DNA of 64,000 nt from Anaerovoracaceae bacterium (GTDB taxonomy: Bacteria; Bacillota; Clostridia; Peptostreptococcales; Anaerovoracaceae). Positions 55,108 through 64,000 of this stretch are shown here, one piece after another. Under the pieces are notes generated by a model. It had not been told where the DNA came from. It was given only the letters and a program-made list of their open reading frames with translations, and did not search any database. Every line of letters starts with the position of its first letter. Position 1 is the first letter of the stretch. The translations under genes and the position numbers were made by a program. The DNA lies in the NCBI GenBank assembly GCA_045639825.1, contig JAZUDV010000046.1, forward strand, positions 29,231 to 93,230. Direction: 5' to 3'.

Positions 55108-56484
55108 CTATACCCACTTATTTCCTGCAATATCAAATATGTATTTCTCAATGATTGCTTTGGCGCGAAATACGAACACCTTCATATCATAACCATATGA
55201 ATTCTTGTTGCCGTTCTTGTCCAAACTGTCGCCAAAATTCTTGTTGTTAGGCAGCGATATGTCAGCGACCTTTCTGTATATCTTGTCGCGCTCCTCGTAT
55301 AACTGATCAACGCCCTTCTCCTGGCTTATAGGTCTTCCATAGGTCGACAGCATCTCGAGTGGTCTCTTCACATATATAACTATACTATTTGCCTTAAGAA
55401 GATCTCTGTTGATAGGATTCAGAATTGCACCACCACCGGTGGCAATAACTGCACGGCTATTTCGACTCGCTTCGAGCACTGCCCGGCTCTCCATTTCGCG
55501 GAAGTACTCCTCACCCTTGCCGCCTTCACCAAGAACATTCTCAATAGTATCATTCATCAGTTCTTCAGTCTTCTTATCGAGATCTATGAACTCGAGCTTC
55601 ATCTCACTGGCATATTTTCTGAATATTGAAGTTTTGCCGCAGCCGGGCATACCGATTGCAACGATATTCAGTTGTCTTGTCAGCAGCTTTCTCTTTATAG
55701 CACTTGTTGTTACTCTCTCAAATAGCGGTATGTTTGTTGCACTCTTCCATATGTTTCTTGCTGCAATCGCCTGGTGAATCAGCATCTCAAGCCCGGATGC
55801 TGTCTTGCAACCGGTAAGTCTTCTCGCATCCTGCAGAAATTTGGTCCTATAAGGACAGTACACAAGATCCATAGCGAGTTCAAGTGATGCGAAATTCCTT
55901 GCGGAATTACCACTCTCACTGAATACGGACTTGTCGATAGTATCCATATGACCAACAGGTGTCGCATTGACGATAACCTGCACATCAGTATGCTTAGACA
56001 CATCTTCATATGAGATAAGCTGTGCTCCGTCAGGAAGCCTGTCTCTTGCCGTCTCAGGATTGCGAGAAACATATATAATCTCTGCAGCTCCCGCAATTTC
56101 GAGACCAACTCCAACTGCTCTTGCTGCGCCACCCGTTCCGAATACCATGCACTTGCGTCCACGTGCTCTATCGCCTACGGATTCCTTGAATCCATGTACA
56201 TCAGTGTTATAGCCGGCTAGCTTGCCATCAGGCATACGCTTAATGGTATTAACAGCATTAGTGCTCTTAGCGCGATTGCACAGAGAATCCATATACTTAA
56301 CGACACTTTCCTTGTATGGCATGGTAACATTAAAACCATCATAAGAAGTATCATTCAGAATACTCTCAAGTTCTGATTCATCCTGAACTTCTATCAATTC
56401 ATATTCATAATCGCCAATAATCTGGTGTAGGAAAGTGGATTGACTATGTGCAATATTCTTTCCAATAAGACCATATTTAGCCAT
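55108..56484 (-). CDS. aroE: bifunctional shikimate dehydrogenase / shikimate kinase fusion
   Basis: N-terminal ~270 aa are AroE-like (YGLIGKNIAHSQS, NVTMPYK, GTGGAARA). The C-terminal part is AroK-like with P-loop GMPGCGKTS. Confidence 0.85.
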   Translation of the reverse strand: MAKYGLIGKNIAHSQSTFLHQIIGDYEYELIEVQDESELESILNDTSYDGFNVTMPYKESVVKYMDSLCNRAKSTNAVNTIKRMPDGKLAGYNTDVHGFKESVGDRARGRKCMVFGTGGAARAVGVGLEIAGAAEIIYVSRNPETARDRLPDGAQLISYEDVSKHTDVQVIVNATPVGHMDTIDKSVFSESGNSARNFASLELAMDLVYCPYRTKFLQDARRLTGCKTASGLEMLIHQAIAARNIWKSATNIPLFERVTTSAIKRKLLTRQLNIVAIGMPGCGKTSIFRKYASEMKLEFIDLDKKTEELMNDTIENVLGEGGKGEEYFREMESRAVLEASRNSRAVIATGGGAILNPINRDLLKANSIVIYVKRPLEMLSTYGRPISQEKGVDQLYEERDKIYRKVADISLPNNKNFGDSLDKNGNKNSYGYDMKVFVFRAKAIIEKYIFDIAGNKWV

Positions 56485-56511
56485 TAATTCGCCTCGTTCA
56501 CAATAATATTT

Positions 56512-56811
56512 TCAATCTTTATCTATGTCGAAGAGTTTACTCTGATATTCCTTGGACAGATCTGCAAGTGTCAGATACAGTTTGCTGGTATATGCCGCTA
56601 AATCATCTTCGACATTCTTGGCAATCTTGTCCAATTTGTCCTTTTCACGTTCAATGTCCAGAATGGCCAAGCCGTTAGCTTTCTTCACTTTGCCAATCTC
56701 TGCCGAAAGTGCCATCCTGTCTCTAAAAAGTTCCATAATACTTCTATCTACGGAATCTATCTCTTTTCTCAGGTCTTCAAGATTCATTCCTTCATATTTA
56801 TTCTCGGCCAT
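56512..56811 (-). CDS. chorismate mutase (AroQ class, type II)
   Basis: 99 aa, all-helical, with LRKEIDSVDRSIMELFRDRMALSAEIGKVK. Ends in TGA. Confidence 0.82.
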   Translation of the reverse strand: MAENKYEGMNLEDLRKEIDSVDRSIMELFRDRMALSAEIGKVKKANGLAILDIEREKDKLDKIAKNVEDDLAAYTSKLYLTLADLSKEYQSKLFDIDKD

Positions 56812-56820
56812 GCATGCCTC

Positions 56821-57825
56821 CTATTCTGCAATAAGTCTGTCATAGAGTACCAATGCCGCCATCGCCTCAACTACCGGCAGAACTCTTGGTACTATGCATA
56901 CATCGTGTCTTCCCTCTGTGCAAACTGCAGTTTCTGTCATTGTAGCTATGTCTACGGTTTTCTGTTCAATCGCTATTGATGGAACCGGCTTGAATGCGAC
57001 ATTAAGTGTAATATTCATGCCTGTACTGATGCCGCCACTAATGCCACCCTGCTTGTTGGTTCTGCTGACGATCCTTCCATCCTGCAGGAAGTACTCATCG
57101 TTATTTGTGGAAGCTCTCCAATAGGTTCCTTCAAAACCGCTGCCAAATTCAATGCCCTTAGCTGATGGGATTGCGAGCATTGCTCGTGCGAGGTCACCCT
57201 CGAGACCCTCCATACCCGGTCCGCCAATTCCACCGGGATAATTCTTAATAACGCAGCCTACGATACCACCGCAGGAATCTCCATCGGCTGCGATTTCCTC
57301 TATTCTGCTGACAAACTCCACCTCATCTTCTTCATCGAGAAAAGCTGTTGTCATACCGCCCATTTGAAGGATATATGAGTTTATCTCAATGCCTTGTTTC
57401 TCCAGCTGCTGCTTGGCAATTCCACCTGCAATGCACATTGCCGCAGTCATTCTTCCCGAGAATTCACCTCCACCCGGCAGAAGTCCCTCAGGACCATACT
57501 TAAGATATGCTCCCAGATCAGCATGACCGGGTCTGAGCACGGTACGCAGCTTGTCATAGTCCTGACTTCTGACGTCCTTGTTGTCAATGTGAGCTTTGAT
57601 GACTTCACCCTCTTCATCGAAGATTACTGTGTCCGGCTCATGTCTTCCTGTTCCGACCAGTTCAGCAAGGTAGCTGCCATCTCCATGTCTTCTATCCAAG
57701 AAGTTCTGCAGCTCTGCCTTGTCAAATACCACATCGTATGGCAAGCCCTTCATTTCAACGTCAATCCTCTTGGAATGCGAAGCGCCTTCAATATTTACAT
57801 GTATGTTGTTAAAATCCAGTTTCAT
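56821..57825 (-). CDS. aroC: chorismate synthase (short, divergent form)
   Basis: 334 aa with EGASHS, GEFSGRMTAAM (compare GRSSARET) and GRHDVCIVPR motifs. Confidence 0.8.
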   Translation of the reverse strand: MKLDFNNIHVNIEGASHSKRIDVEMKGLPYDVVFDKAELQNFLDRRHGDGSYLAELVGTGRHEPDTVIFDEEGEVIKAHIDNKDVRSQDYDKLRTVLRPGHADLGAYLKYGPEGLLPGGGEFSGRMTAAMCIAGGIAKQQLEKQGIEINSYILQMGGMTTAFLDEEDEVEFVSRIEEIAADGDSCGGIVGCVIKNYPGGIGGPGMEGLEGDLARAMLAIPSAKGIEFGSGFEGTYWRASTNNDEYFLQDGRIVSRTNKQGGISGGISTGMNITLNVAFKPVPSIAIEQKTVDIATMTETAVCTEGRHDVCIVPRVLPVVEAMAALVLYDRLIAE

Positions 57826-57826
57826 C

Positions 57827-59026
57827 CTATTCTACTATTCCACCAAGAGTTCCAACATCCTCAAAGAATTCCGGATATGACTTGCTTACAGATTCTATCC
57901 CGCCAACCTTGACAGGCTTGTCTGTAATAATCGACGCCATTACTGCCAGCATCACCATTCGGTGATCTCCGAATGTTTCGATTAGTGTATCATTGCCGGG
58001 AAGTTTATTACCTGATGTGCCCCTAATAATCAGGCTGCTACCATCATCGCCTATACAGATATCGGCTCCCAGAGTAGCCAAAATCTTCTGTATAGCAATC
58101 AGCCTGTTACTCTCCTTGTATCTAAGGCGTCCGGCATTCGTGATAGTCGTTACCATAGGCGATGTAACAGCTCTTAATGCTATAGCAGGAACCAGGTCAG
58201 GACAATCCGAAACGTCGATTGCTATAGTATCCGACATCAGTTCATCTATTGCGAAGTCATTCAGTATACTGATAATCTGTCTGTCCCCCTGAATGGATTC
58301 AGCAGACAGGCCATTTACCTTAAGTTTACCGCCAAGAAGGTCATTTGCTACAACCCACATCGCTCCGTTAGACCAGTCTCCTTCAATCAGCTTGTCCTGG
58401 CCGCCCTTGCTATATGCCTTAATCACTTCGCCTGTCATCTCAACATAAGATGAGGACTGAAGCTCATCCTCAGTGCATATCCATAGGTCACCATCAACAA
58501 GATCTGATGCCAGCATCAGGCCGCTGACAAACTGTGAACTGATATTGCCGGGTAGCTTGTAATCGCCCGCTTCAAGCTCGCCTGACACCTTGTACACCTC
58601 AGTATCAGTTACGATTTCCATCTCTATGTCAGCACCGTGTCTATTGAGCTCATCGATAAATGGCTTCATAGGCCTGCCAACCAGACTGCCCTCAGCAGTG
58701 ACGTTAGCACGTACTCCCATTGCTGCTACAAGTGGTATCATGAAGCGAAGCGTCGTTCCGCTCTCATGGCAGCATAGTTCGACTGCCTCATCTGAGCCCG
58801 GCATAGCACCCATTAGTTTTTCAAGGCAGGACTTAGTTGCAAGAACATCGTCCGAAAGGCGTCCAACCCGGGACTCAATATTCCTTATGGTATCATAGTC
58901 CCCCTGAACATATGCGCAGAGCAAATAGCGATGCAGTATCGACTTGGATACCGGCACCCGTACTTCGCCTTTTAATTTCTTACAATCAACTGTAATGCTA
59001 CTCACTTTATTTAACTGCGGCTTCAA
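57827..59026 (-). CDS. aroA: 3-phosphoshikimate 1-carboxyvinyltransferase (EPSP synthase)
   Basis: 399 aa with [13 protein letters not shown] and ESGTTLRF. Start uncertain: TTG 59026 overlaps the aroF 3' end, with GTG 59005 as the alternative. Confidence 0.85.
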   Translation of the reverse strand: MKPQLNKVSSITVDCKKLKGEVRVPVSKSILHRYLLCAYVQGDYDTIRNIESRVGRLSDDVLATKSCLEKLMGAMPGSDEAVELCCHESGTTLRFMIPLVAAMGVRANVTAEGSLVGRPMKPFIDELNRHGADIEMEIVTDTEVYKVSGELEAGDYKLPGNISSQFVSGLMLASDLVDGDLWICTEDELQSSSYVEMTGEVIKAYSKGGQDKLIEGDWSNGAMWVVANDLLGGKLKVNGLSAESIQGDRQIISILNDFAIDELMSDTIAIDVSDCPDLVPAIALRAVTSPMVTTITNAGRLRYKESNRLIAIQKILATLGADICIGDDGSSLIIRGTSGNKLPGNDTLIETFGDHRMVMLAVMASIITDKPVKVGGIESVSKSYPEFFEDVGTLGGIVE

Positions 59027-59888
59027 CCTTCTTAATCTTAATCATTAGTTCTCGGAATTGTTCCGGTGTAATGGACTGTCTGCCATCACTCAAGGCATTC
59101 GCAGGGTCATTATGAACCTCTATCATGAGGCCATCTGCACCCGCAGCTACCGCTGCGAGGGCCAGCGAGCCTACGAGCTCGCTACGACCGGAGCCATGGC
59201 TCGGATCAACGACGGTCGGCAGATGGCTCAGCTCCTTAAGAACAGGAACCGCCGCTACATCAAGCGTATTACGTGTATATGTTTCAAATGTTCTTATTCC
59301 CCTCTCACAGAGGATAACATTAGGATTGCCTTCAGAAAGAATATATTCTGCTGCAGTAAGGAGTTCCATATAAGTAGCCGATATTCCCCTCTTAAGAAGG
59401 ATCGGCTTGTTGCTCTTACCAAGAGCCTTGAGTAATGCATAGTTCTGCATATTTCTTGCTCCAACCTGCAATACGTCAACCTCGCTGAAGAGATCAAGAT
59501 TGCTCGGATCCATTATTTCTGTAATAATTGGGAGTTCCGTCTCCTCTTTAGCCTTAAGAAGCATCTTGATTCCTGCAGCTTCCAGCCCCTGAAAATCATA
59601 CGGTGAAGTACGCGGTTTGAATGCTCCGCCACGTAGCATATCTGCACCGGCTTCCTTAACCGCCTGAGCAATGCCGACAATCTGTTCTTCTGTCTCAACG
59701 GAACAAGGACCTGCGATAACCACCAACTTATCTCCGCCAAATTGAACATCACCACCCACCATAACATGGGTATCCTCAGGCTTGCTGCTCCTCATGCATA
59801 ATAATTGTTCTTTATATCTTAAGTCTTCCATACTCATATATGAAACGGGGCTAACAACACCCAAGGTGTAACGCCGCCCCGTAACCAT
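59007..59888 (-). CDS. aroF: 3-deoxy-7-phosphoheptulonate (DAHP) synthase, type I-beta
   Basis: Motifs [24 protein letters not shown] and DPSHGSGR. Start uncertain among 59888, 59837 and 59795. Confidence 0.85.
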   Translation of the reverse strand: MVTGRRYTLGVVSPVSYMSMEDLRYKEQLLCMRSSKPEDTHVMVGGDVQFGGDKLVVIAGPCSVETEEQIVGIAQAVKEAGADMLRGGAFKPRTSPYDFQGLEAAGIKMLLKAKEETELPIITEIMDPSNLDLFSEVDVLQVGARNMQNYALLKALGKSNKPILLKRGISATYMELLTAAEYILSEGNPNVILCERGIRTFETYTRNTLDVAAVPVLKELSHLPTVVDPSHGSGRSELVGSLALAAVAAGADGLMIEVHNDPANALSDGRQSITPEQFRELMIKIKKVEAAVK

Positions 59889-59894
59889 TCATCC

Positions 59895-60101
59895 TTATTC
59901 CAATCCTTCAGGTCTGGTATATGAAACCAGATCCTCTGAGATTTCCTTAGCAGCTTGGCTAACAGGTCTCTCGCACTCTTCGTCTGTAAGAACAGGCTTA
60001 CCGTCGATAATATCTCTTGCTCTCTTAGCAGTCAGAATAGCAAGTGAATACTTGCTGTCAGTCTTTTCTGATAATTCGTTGATTGATGGATACAGTAACA
60101 T
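59895..60101 (-). CDS. rpoZ: DNA-directed RNA polymerase subunit omega
   Basis: 68 aa with KYSLAILTAKRARDI. GGAGG 7 nt upstream. Confidence 0.9.
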   Translation of the reverse strand: MLLYPSINELSEKTDSKYSLAILTAKRARDIIDGKPVLTDEECERPVSQAAKEISEDLVSYTRPEGLE

Positions 60102-60117
60102 AAATCGGCCTCCTTAT

Positions 60118-60723
60118 TTATTCGTACTTACTGATTATTGGTTTAACATGTTCCGGTAAACGACACGACTCGGCACTGATAATACTCTTAGCCTGAGCAA
60201 TGGCCGTTTCCAAATCGTCATTTACTATGTAATAGTCATACTCGCCAATTAGCTTGATTTCATTCAGCGCCTCGCCGAGTCTCTTCTCTATAACTTCATC
60301 AGACTCAGTTTGTCTTCCGACAAGTCTCTTGTGCAATTCTTCCATGTTCGGTGGTAACACGAAAACCATTACCGCCTCAGGCATTGCCTTCTTAACCTGC
60401 AATCCACCCTGAACATCTATATCCAGGATAACATTGCGTCCTCTTTCCAGTTTCTTCAGAACAGCATCCTTGGGTGTACCATACATATTGTTGAACACAA
60501 TTGCATGCTCCAAGAAGTTATCTTTGTCGATGTTTTCCTGAAAAACTTCTTTGCTGACGAAGAAGTAGTGTTTGCCTTCCTCCTCACCAACTCGTGGAGC
60601 TCTTGTTGTCATAGACACCGAAAACTCATTATTATAGTCCTTGAGGAGTTCAGTGCAAATCGTTCCCTTGCCTGTTCCGGATGGTCCGCTGATAACAAAC
60701 AGCTTTCCCATAGTACTACTCAT
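60118..60723 (-). CDS. gmk: guanylate kinase
   Basis: P-loop ISGPSGTGKGT, plus TTRAPRVGEEEGKHYFF. Confidence 0.93.
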   Translation of the reverse strand: MSSTMGKLFVISGPSGTGKGTICTELLKDYNNEFSVSMTTRAPRVGEEEGKHYFFVSKEVFQENIDKDNFLEHAIVFNNMYGTPKDAVLKKLERGRNVILDIDVQGGLQVKKAMPEAVMVFVLPPNMEELHKRLVGRQTESDEVIEKRLGEALNEIKLIGEYDYYIVNDDLETAIAQAKSIISAESCRLPEHVKPIISKYE

Positions 60724-60736
60724 TTCACTACCTCGT

Positions 60737-62215
60737 CTATCTTAACTCAAATCTAAATATGGCAGAAACAGTCTTAGTGCCATCTTCATTATCATGAACA
60801 TCATAGCTGCCATTCATTGCATCGATTGGACCTCTATGAACAGTTGCAGTATCACCAACGTATGTGCATGAATATTCGTAATCGCTTCTTCCATACTTGG
60901 ATGCACCGAGCTGCTTAACCATCATTACAATAGTTGAATTCCTAAATGCTGACTCGGCAACATCGTAAACCAAGCTTACTACCATCTTGTTGATGGCTTC
61001 GGAATTAGCATACACGATGGTATCCGGCATATCTCCGAACTGGAGAGAAATACCTACGCCATACTTGCGAACAATAGCCTCGAGTTTCTTAACGGAATCC
61101 TTCATTACCAGCTTGAGGTTAACTACTCCGTCTTCAGCAAAGATTAGCTTGGCAACTTCTTTCTTAGGTTCAGTAGCTACTGCCACATCCTCTTTCTTCC
61201 TGTATGGTGGAACCTCAGGCTCAGCATAAGCAGCAATTGTAACCTCAGGGTCAACCTCAACAGGTTCCGGTGCAGGTGAAATGCTGTCCATTCCACTAAT
61301 TTCTTCTATGTTATGAGCTACTGTAGCCACAAGCTTGGCATTGCTGATTCTCTCAGCTTTGAGCTTGGCCTCAAAGCTCTTTCTTGCATCATAAAGTTTC
61401 TGGGCATATGACAATCTCTCTTCGTCCAGCTGTTTCTCAAGTGCTGTATTCTCCTCATTGAGGTCAGCCAGCATCTTTCTGTAAGCGCCCTTCTCAGTAT
61501 TATTCCTCTGAGCCATTTCAAGACGCTCGATTTCCTGCTTCTGAATCAGTTCCAGACGCTCATGTTCAACCAGCTTCTCGACTTCTTCATAGGTGCTGTC
61601 GAGCTGCTGTGCTACAACAGACTTGCTATCTTCAAGTCTCTTAGCAAATGCCCTTCTTCTCGTCTCGATATCCATCTGAGCAGTGTCACTAAGGTTGTTG
61701 GCAACCGCATACTGCTTGGCAAGAGCTTGCTTCTCTTTCTCAATAGTCTCAGCAAACTGCTTCTTCTCAGTTTCAAGCTCAGTAGAGAAATCGTTTCTCA
61801 GCTTGCTTATCTGTTCCTTAAGAGACTTGTTCTGTTCAGCCAGAGCAATTGCTCTCTGCATATGTTTCATGTCCAGCTGTTTAGTGTACTTTGCAGACTC
61901 CTCCAGCTGTCTCTTGAGTTCTTCATTTTCCTCGTTCAGCCTTCTCGCCTCATCAGCATATCTTGCCTGCTCCTCACGAAGTGTATCTTCAATCTCCTTC
62001 TGTCTGTCAGCATCAACAGTAGATACGTCTGCTTCACCGGCAGGATTCTCATTCTTCTCTCTGATTTCATCAAGCAGGGCATCCAAAATATTCCTGTCTT
62101 CAGACTCAACATCATCATGACGTTTAACATCCTTGACAAACACAGCAGCTATTACAATAACCGCCAGCACGATAATCGCCAAAACGATGCATATAATTGC
62201 AAAACTGAGTTCCAC
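60737..62215 (-). CDS. hypothetical membrane-anchored coiled-coil protein with a C-terminal globular domain
   Basis: I prefer the GTG start at 62215 (GGGGGAG 7 nt upstream), giving VELSFAIICIVLAIIVLAVIVIAAVF as a TM segment. About 300 aa rich in E/K/Q/L/A heptads follow, then a ~130-aa alpha/beta-looking C-terminus. Confidence 0.6.
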   Translation of the reverse strand: MELSFAIICIVLAIIVLAVIVIAAVFVKDVKRHDDVESEDRNILDALLDEIREKNENPAGEADVSTVDADRQKEIEDTLREEQARYADEARRLNEENEELKRQLEESAKYTKQLDMKHMQRAIALAEQNKSLKEQISKLRNDFSTELETEKKQFAETIEKEKQALAKQYAVANNLSDTAQMDIETRRRAFAKRLEDSKSVVAQQLDSTYEEVEKLVEHERLELIQKQEIERLEMAQRNNTEKGAYRKMLADLNEENTALEKQLDEERLSYAQKLYDARKSFEAKLKAERISNAKLVATVAHNIEEISGMDSISPAPEPVEVDPEVTIAAYAEPEVPPYRKKEDVAVATEPKKEVAKLIFAEDGVVNLKLVMKDSVKKLEAIVRKYGVGISLQFGDMPDTIVYANSEAINKMVVSLVYDVAESAFRNSTIVMMVKQLGASKYGRSDYEYSCTYVGDTATVHRGPIDAMNGSYDVHDNEDGTKTVSAIFRFELR

Positions 62216-62374
62216 GATTGTTCTCCCCCTGAAATTGCATAATACACTAACATAATTATACATAATAAATATACCACAAATCTCCAAATATACCAACACA
62301 TTGAGCCCACTTCGTGATAAACTATTTATATCCGAAAGATCAGATGATTATTATATGCACAAGGAGGCTTTCGT

Positions 62375-63268
62375 ATGATTAGGAGCATGACAGGATATGG
62401 TCGTGGTGAGTACCAGGATGACATCAAAAACATCACCGTTGAGATCAAAGCAGTCAATCACAGATACTGCGATATATTTGTAAAAATGCCAAGGCGCTAC
62501 TCATTCGCTGAGGAGAAGATCAAAGCAGCCATCAAGAACGGCCTTTCCAGAGGCAAGATTGAAGTCAGTGTCACAGTCGACAACTTCGGCACCAGCGATA
62601 CAGACATCAGACTCGATGCCCCACTCGCTAAGCGCTACTATGATGTGCTTCACGAACTCTCAGACACATTAGATTTCGGTCTCTTCGAAGATCAGATATC
62701 TCTGGGACTTATTGCCAAAATGCCGGATGTAATTAAGGGTGTGGCAGCAGAAGAAGATGAAGAAGCGATGCTCGCTGCTCTTCTCGACGCAACAAACAAA
62801 GCGATTGAGAACATCACAACGATGCGCGAAACCGAGGGACAGAAACTCGTTGCCGACATCTCAATGAGAGCAGACCTCATCTCAGACATCCGCAGCAAGA
62901 TTGAAACAAGGGCTCCGGAAATTCAGCAAGAATATGCAGCAAAGTTCAAGGCAAGAATCGAAGAACTCCTGGACGGAGCTGCTGAGGTGCCGGAAGAAAG
63001 AATCGCCCTCGAAGCAGCAATCTTCGCAGACAAGGCCAATATAACAGAGGAGCTCGTACGACTGGATTCACATATCAATCAGCTAAGAGAATTCCTTAAG
63101 GGCAGCGATGAATCCATCGGAAAAAAGATTGACTTTCTTATTCAGGAAATGAACCGTGAGGCCAACACCATCGGTTCCAAGTCCAACGACAAGGAAATCA
63201 CGGCTATGATGCTCGACCTCAAAGCCGAAATCGAGAAGATTAGAGAACAAGTGCAGAATATTGAATAA
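62375..63268 (+). CDS. yicC: YicC/YloC family endoribonuclease
   Basis: 297 aa starting MIRSMTGYGRGE, with C-terminal QEMNREANTIGSKS. AAGGAGG SD upstream. Confidence 0.9.
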   Translation: MIRSMTGYGRGEYQDDIKNITVEIKAVNHRYCDIFVKMPRRYSFAEEKIKAAIKNGLSRGKIEVSVTVDNFGTSDTDIRLDAPLAKRYYDVLHELSDTLDFGLFEDQISLGLIAKMPDVIKGVAAEEDEEAMLAALLDATNKAIENITTMRETEGQKLVADISMRADLISDIRSKIETRAPEIQQEYAAKFKARIEELLDGAAEVPEERIALEAAIFADKANITEELVRLDSHINQLREFLKGSDESIGKKIDFLIQEMNREANTIGSKSNDKEITAMMLDLKAEIEKIREQVQNIE

Positions 63269-63269
63269 T

Positions 63270-63424
63270 AAAAGAGACTGTATGTCATTAAGGTGCAGAG
63301 TACGGCTCTCGCCTCGCTGCGGCTATACGTAGCGGTACTAAGCTCTGACTTCGCTATCGCTCGTCAATCGCTAAGTACCGACTACCGCAGAGCCTCTGCA
63401 CCTTTAATGCATACAGTCTCTTTT
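63270..63424. repeat. 155-nt nested imperfect palindrome in the yicC/rqcH convergent junction
   Basis: Outer arms AAAAGAGACTGTATGTCATTAAGGTGCAGAG (63270-63300) and CTCTGCACCTTTAATGCATACAGTCTCTTTT (63394-63424). The outermost 15 bp are perfect and flanked by A and T runs. A GC-rich ~93-nt core has its own inverted repeats (CGGTACTAAGC / GCTAAGTACCG, CTGCGG / CCGCAG). Confidence 0.8.
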
Positions 63425-64000
63425 GATTTAATACCTGGTGTTACATACACTGTTCTGTTGTTAGTAAAAATTACGTATCCAGGCTTGGCTCCTGCCGGTT
63501 TCTTAACATATCTGACAGGCACGTAATCTACAGGAACATTCTCGCCGGTCTTGTACTTACTGTGATATGCGGCTATTGATGCGGCTTCGTATATCAGTTC
63601 TGCCGGAAGATCATCTACATTACGCCCGTCCTCAAGCCTGATAATAACATGAGAACCCGGAATGTCCTTGGTGTGCAGCCACACGTCGGTCTTAGCTGCA
63701 AGCTTCATTGTAAGATAATCATTCTCAATATTGTTGCGCCCTACCAGCACTGTCGTGCCATCTGATAATGTATATCTGATTGGATCAACTTTACTCTTCT
63801 TCTTGCGCTGCGCCACCTTAGCTCTACGCTTAACATATCCTGTCTCCTGCAGCTCGTCTCTGATTGCATCCAGTTCTTCTTCAGTTCCGGCCGCTTCAAT
63901 ATTCTGAACTACCGATTCAAGATATATAATGTCCATTTCGTTATCGGCAAGCTGCGACTGCTTCTCGTGAATAGCAGTCTTGGCCTTGGAATACTTCTTG
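63382..64000 (-). CDS. rqcH: RqcH/FbpA (NFACT family, ribosome quality control) C-terminal part; the gene continues past the right edge
   Basis: The frame is open from 64000. DUF814-type text LVGRNNIENDYLT...DVWLHTKDIPGSHVII...AASIAAYHSK. The last ~14 codons and the TAG stop lie inside the palindromic element. Confidence 0.8.
   Translation of the reverse strand, partial: KKYSKAKTAIHEKQSQLADNEMDIIYLESVVQNIEAAGTEEELDAIRDELQETGYVKRRAKVAQRKKKSKVDPIRYTLSDGTTVLVGRNNIENDYLTMKLAAKTDVWLHTKDIPGSHVIIRLEDGRNVDDLPAELIYEAASIAAYHSKYKTGENVPVDYVPVRYVKKPAGAKPGYVIFTNNRTVYVTPGIKSKETVCIKGAEALR

Noticed and set aside
63293-63526. 77-aa plus-strand ORF starting in the palindromic element
   Set aside because: It is read from the GC-rich palindrome core and then runs antisense to rqcH. 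It starts at GTG without an SD.

Overview
This is a 64-kb chromosomal window from a low-GC Gram-positive bacterium. Gene content and GGAGG-type ribosome-binding sites (SD) suggest a Clostridia/Lachnospiraceae-like organism, but that is inference only. It holds about 60 genes, mostly on the minus strand and mostly housekeeping. In order: selA (5' end only) and tRNA-Sec; a TSCPD protein, an HD hydrolase and punA; the aspartate-family block asd, aspartate kinase, hom, then divergent thrC and a PheB-like ACT protein; a LysR regulator and selD; DUF2804, a uracil-type permease and an acyl-CoA ligase; a MacB/FtsX-type ABC pair; several membrane, GNAT, USP and EamA proteins; a CofE-like ligase; phosphoglucomutase; a heterodimeric ABC exporter; a LOG protein; a STAS plus SpoIIE-phosphatase/kinase-fusion partner-switching pair; mnmA; an SPFH, RHH, ABC-2 operon; an AlkD-like protein; an XRE regulator plus membrane protein; addA; gpmI; a pxpA-accC-accB-pxpC-pxpB-NRAMP-DUF1445 cluster; an aromatic amino acid operon (aroF-aroA-aroC-CM-aroE/K-aroQ); and rpoZ, gmk, yicC and rqcH (partial). 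I found no rRNA, CRISPR array, integrase or recognisable transposase. Five things stand out. (1) A 1.6-kb cassette (407-2004) lies just upstream of the tRNA-Sec promoter; it is bounded by ~274-bp imperfect inverted repeats, each a foldback unit with its own terminal motifs, and carries one nuclease-like ORF. This is the best candidate for something undescribed. (2) selD is itself a selenoprotein, with an in-frame TGA at 10417 and a SECIS-like hairpin 11 nt downstream; the ORF track truncates it. (3) An otherwise intact ABC ATPase gene has a single in-frame TGA at codon 46 (39460-39462). (4) A 155-nt nested palindrome fills the yicC/rqcH convergent gap and supplies the rqcH stop codon. (5) Several gene-organisation oddities: addA without addB, biotin carboxylase and BCCP inside a 5-oxoprolinase cluster, and an aroE-aroK fusion. 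All functional calls rest on motifs I can read in the translations plus gene context. No database search was run.
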